Shown here one piece after another: positions 15,301-16,642 of a stretch of DNA of 16,642 nt (positions are counted from its first letter, which is position 1; every line of letters starts with the position of its first letter). The notes below the pieces were generated by a model. That model made no database searches. It was given only the letters and a program-made list of their open reading frames with translations, and was not told the DNA's origin. Both the position numbers and the translations under genes were made by a program. The stretch covers positions 1 to 16,642 of the forward strand of contig BOCB01000037.1 in the NCBI GenBank assembly GCA_026002695.1, in the 5' to 3' direction. This DNA is from Synergistales bacterium. GTDB lineage: Bacteria > Synergistota > Synergistia > Synergistales > Synergistaceae.

Positions 15301-16414
15301 TATCCTGCCCGCCAATGTCGATTATGAAATCCGCGCCCGGCAGCACAAACTCGGCCGCCCTTGCGTGAGCGACAGTTTCAACCTCGCCGAGATCGAGGCC
15401 AAGGGCACTCTGAACGAGCTTCTCCCCATACCCGGTAACACCGCTTCTGCTTATCCTGACGTCCTCGGGCATTGCGGAGTATAGTTCGCGCAATATCTCC
15501 CTTACCCGACGCAGAGGCTCGCCCTTGCCCGCCGAGCGGTATTTCGAGAAGAGCAGCTCGCCGTCCCGGCCGATGAGCGCGGCCTTGATAGTTGTCGAGC
15601 CAACGTCTATTCCGAGGAAAGCGTCTCCCTTATATTCGTTCAGCGGCTTTCTGGCGACGGCGCTCGCGGAGTGCCGCTTTTGAAAGCGGCTCTTCGCGCC
15701 CTCGCCGGCGAACAAAACAGGCAGGACGTTTATTGCCGAGGTTCGCTTCGACGAGAAGAAACGCAAGGCTTTTTCCCGCAGTGCCTCCAAATTCACCGCG
15801 CCGTTTTTCTTGCCCAGTATCGCCGCGCCGAGCGCGACAAAGAGATGCGGGTTCTCCGGTGATACGCACTGAGCGGGCGTCAGCCCAAGCGTCTCCGTGA
15901 ATCCGGCGCGAAGCTCCGGCAGAAAATACAGCGGGCCGCCGAGGAACGCGACATTGCCCTTTATCCTCCTGCCGCAAGCGAGCCCGCTGATTGTCTGGTT
16001 GACTATCGCCTGAAATATCGAGGCCGCTATGTCCGGTTTGGCCGCCCCGTCGTTAAGGAGGGGTTGTATGTCGGTCTTGGCGAATACGCCGCAGCGTGAC
16101 GCTATCGGATATATGGTTTTATAACTTTTGGCAAGCTCGTTCAATCCGGAGGCGTCGGTTCCGAGCAGAGCGGCCATCTGGTCGATGAAAGCGCCCGTGC
16201 CTCCCGCGCAGGTCTCGTTCATTCTCTGATCGGCGCCGGATTCGTCGAAGAACGTTAATTTTGCATCCTCGCCGCCGAGCTCTACGCAGACATCCACGTC
16301 CGGTAAGTACCGGCCTATGCTCGCCGAGCAGGCAATCAGCTCCTGCGTGAATTGTACATCTATCCCCTCGGCGAGCCCGAGCGCGCCGGAACCGGCGACG
16401 GCTAAGGTTATCAT
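12329..16414 (-). CDS. CoA-substrate-specific enzyme activase fusion (two BadF/BadG/BcrA/BcrD-HgdC-like ATPase domains + Cys cluster + HgdB/DUF2229-like 2-hydroxyacyl-CoA dehydratase-related domains)
   Basis: The second ATPase domain is complete (GIDVGSTTIKAAL ... IDIGGQDMKC ... NEACSSGCGSF). The first is only its C-terminal half (VELGGEDAKL ... NETCAGGTGAF). A CxxCxxxC-x17-C cluster and YjiM/HgdB-like segments follow. The ORF is open upstream of ATG 16414 to TAG 16625-16627 with continued homology, so the true start is uncertain. Confidence 0.85.
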   Translation of the reverse strand: MITLAVAGSGALGLAEGIDVQFTQELIACSASIGRYLPDVDVCVELGGEDAKLTFFDESGADQRMNETCAGGTGAFIDQMAALLGTDASGLNELAKSYKTIYPIASRCGVFAKTDIQPLLNDGAAKPDIAASIFQAIVNQTISGLACGRRIKGNVAFLGGPLYFLPELRAGFTETLGLTPAQCVSPENPHLFVALGAAILGKKNGAVNLEALREKALRFFSSKRTSAINVLPVLFAGEGAKSRFQKRHSASAVARKPLNEYKGDAFLGIDVGSTTIKAALIGRDGELLFSKYRSAGKGEPLRRVREILRELYSAMPEDVRISRSGVTGYGEKLVQSALGLDLGEVETVAHARAAEFVLPGADFIIDIGGQDMKCLGIKGGVINRVYLNEACSSGCGSFIQSFAESLGLTMGEFADAAEASSMPVDLGTRCTVFMNSRVRQAQKDGASVNDISAGLAYSVARNALYKVLKMRDTDELGSRIVAQGGTFKNNALLRAFELMSGREVVRPDIAELMGAFGAALLARDTFSGEKSTIITREALDSFGAETSTARCARCGNRCILTKTLFSDGRSYLSGNRCERGAPAERTSVPPPNVADMKYKRLFDYYKPIPEKDAPRGVIGIPRALNMYENYPLWFTFLSKLGYSVRLSSASPASGLGMDTIPSQTLCYPAKLVHSHITDLLRSGVKRIFYPVILKERGELKNTDNHFNCPVVTGYPDVAYLNIDEARDNTEGGERGIDFTRAPLPIDSPKRLTENLFELMSGSGVTKSEIKSAVAAAYEEMRRFKEDIAEYGRTALEAVKNGATGIVLAGHPYHLDPEVNHGIPTLINSYGVAVLTEDSILDTAAENKDELYVVDQWEYHSRLYKAASIVANHPDFKEVQMVQLNSFGCGLDAISADQAAAILERGGKPHTLIKIDEGSNNGAVRIRIRSLLAAMRSNRTSGEQGKLLAPQIRPTTKYVGKLCGKSKARRTILCPPLSPYHFQFLEAAMRSEGFDFRVLPEGSREAIELALKYVNNDACYPAMVVVGQFLSALSSGEYDPDKTDCLYVQTGGPCRASNYVPLLRRALDAAGYKSTRVIAVNSQGRGEAAKLPATPSAMWKCLMGAMYGDLLMRLTLRTRPYEKERGSVNELRDKWSERCKESVSLGGWRRYTSDIADMVKDFAALPIDDTRRPRVGIVGEILVKYHAGANERLVDIIEAEGGEAVVPDLVSFLLYSLYDPIYAHKRLSGKLMSRLAGHVGIAALNRMRRPIERALEGTRFGECHDIYGMAEDAAGILSPANQGGEGWLLTAEMMKLIKSGVKNILCVQPFACLPNHITGKGVMKELKRRNSGVNILPLDYDASASSANRLNRIKLLMAAASA

Positions 16415-16642
16415 CGAGCCGCCGCAGTTATCGCGAACGTCATTAATGATGTTCGCGAGCGCGGCCGGAATATCGGAGAAGTGCCTGTGATAGTCACTGT
16501 GTATTATATTATCATCGTCGTCGGCGCCGGAAGCGCTCTCTCCCCCGACGGCAAGGCTGACGCGGAATTCACCGTGAAGGTGAACGGGGAAGCCGGCGCG
16601 CTGTCGGGTTTCACGCTGAAAAACCTAACCACCGGACAGGAA

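Noticed and set aside
12945-15900. Multiple 60-130-aa + strand ORFs inside the activase-fusion gene
   Set aside because: All are antisense to a 1361-aa ORF with continuous domain homology. They are Ser/Arg/Pro-rich spurious frames.
1-16642. CRISPR arrays, tRNA/rRNA genes, IS elements, integrases and phage genes
   Set aside because: I could not see direct repeats with regular spacers, cloverleaf-capable tRNA-like sequences, transposase or integrase-like ORFs, or terminal inverted repeats. I scanned by eye only, so tRNAscan/Infernal runs would be definitive.

Overview
This 16.6-kb window is bacterial chromosomal DNA, GC-rich overall with AT-rich islands and a strong preference for ATA-Ile codons. 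It is densely coding, with 13 protein genes that I can support and no rRNA, tRNA, CRISPR or IS elements that I can recognise.

Reading left to right:
- An SPFH/band-7 membrane protein gene starts the window.
- A compositionally distinct, AT-rich HepT(HEPN)/MntA(MNT) type VII toxin-antitoxin pair follows, in toxin-first order with an 8-nt overlap.
- An AT-rich promoter region with a palindromic operator-like site precedes a YvyF-like zinc-ribbon protein gene and a flavodiiron protein gene.
- A small Arg-rich uORF is ATGA-coupled to a PmtA-like class I SAM methyltransferase gene, followed by an ArnD-like polysaccharide-deacetylase-family gene.
- Convergent with these, on the minus strand, are a UDP-glucose 6-dehydrogenase gene and an LplT-like MFS transporter gene. 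They are separated by a promoter, tandem hairpins and a U-tract.
- A divergent intergenic region carries a good sigma70-like promoter, a perfect 12-bp palindrome and an orphan terminator-like element, ahead of an HPP-family membrane protein gene.
- The minus strand then carries housekeeping ligA and lysS.
- Last is a ~1400-aa CoA-substrate-specific enzyme activase / 2-hydroxyacyl-CoA-dehydratase-like fusion gene (HgdC-like ATPase x2 plus HgdB/DUF2229-like). Its N-terminal homology runs upstream of the first ATG and is interrupted by an in-frame TAG near the window edge.

The most interesting material is regulatory or architectural rather than a clear new multi-gene system. The best candidates are the reversed HepT/MntA module, the orphan ArnD-like/Ugd/PmtA-like/LplT-like envelope-modification neighbourhood, and the structured leaders upstream of ugd, the MFS gene and the HPP gene.

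All protein family calls come from reading the translated ORFs and recognising motifs, not from database searches. A tentative guess is a diderm anaerobe, possibly Synergistota-like, but I cannot verify that.
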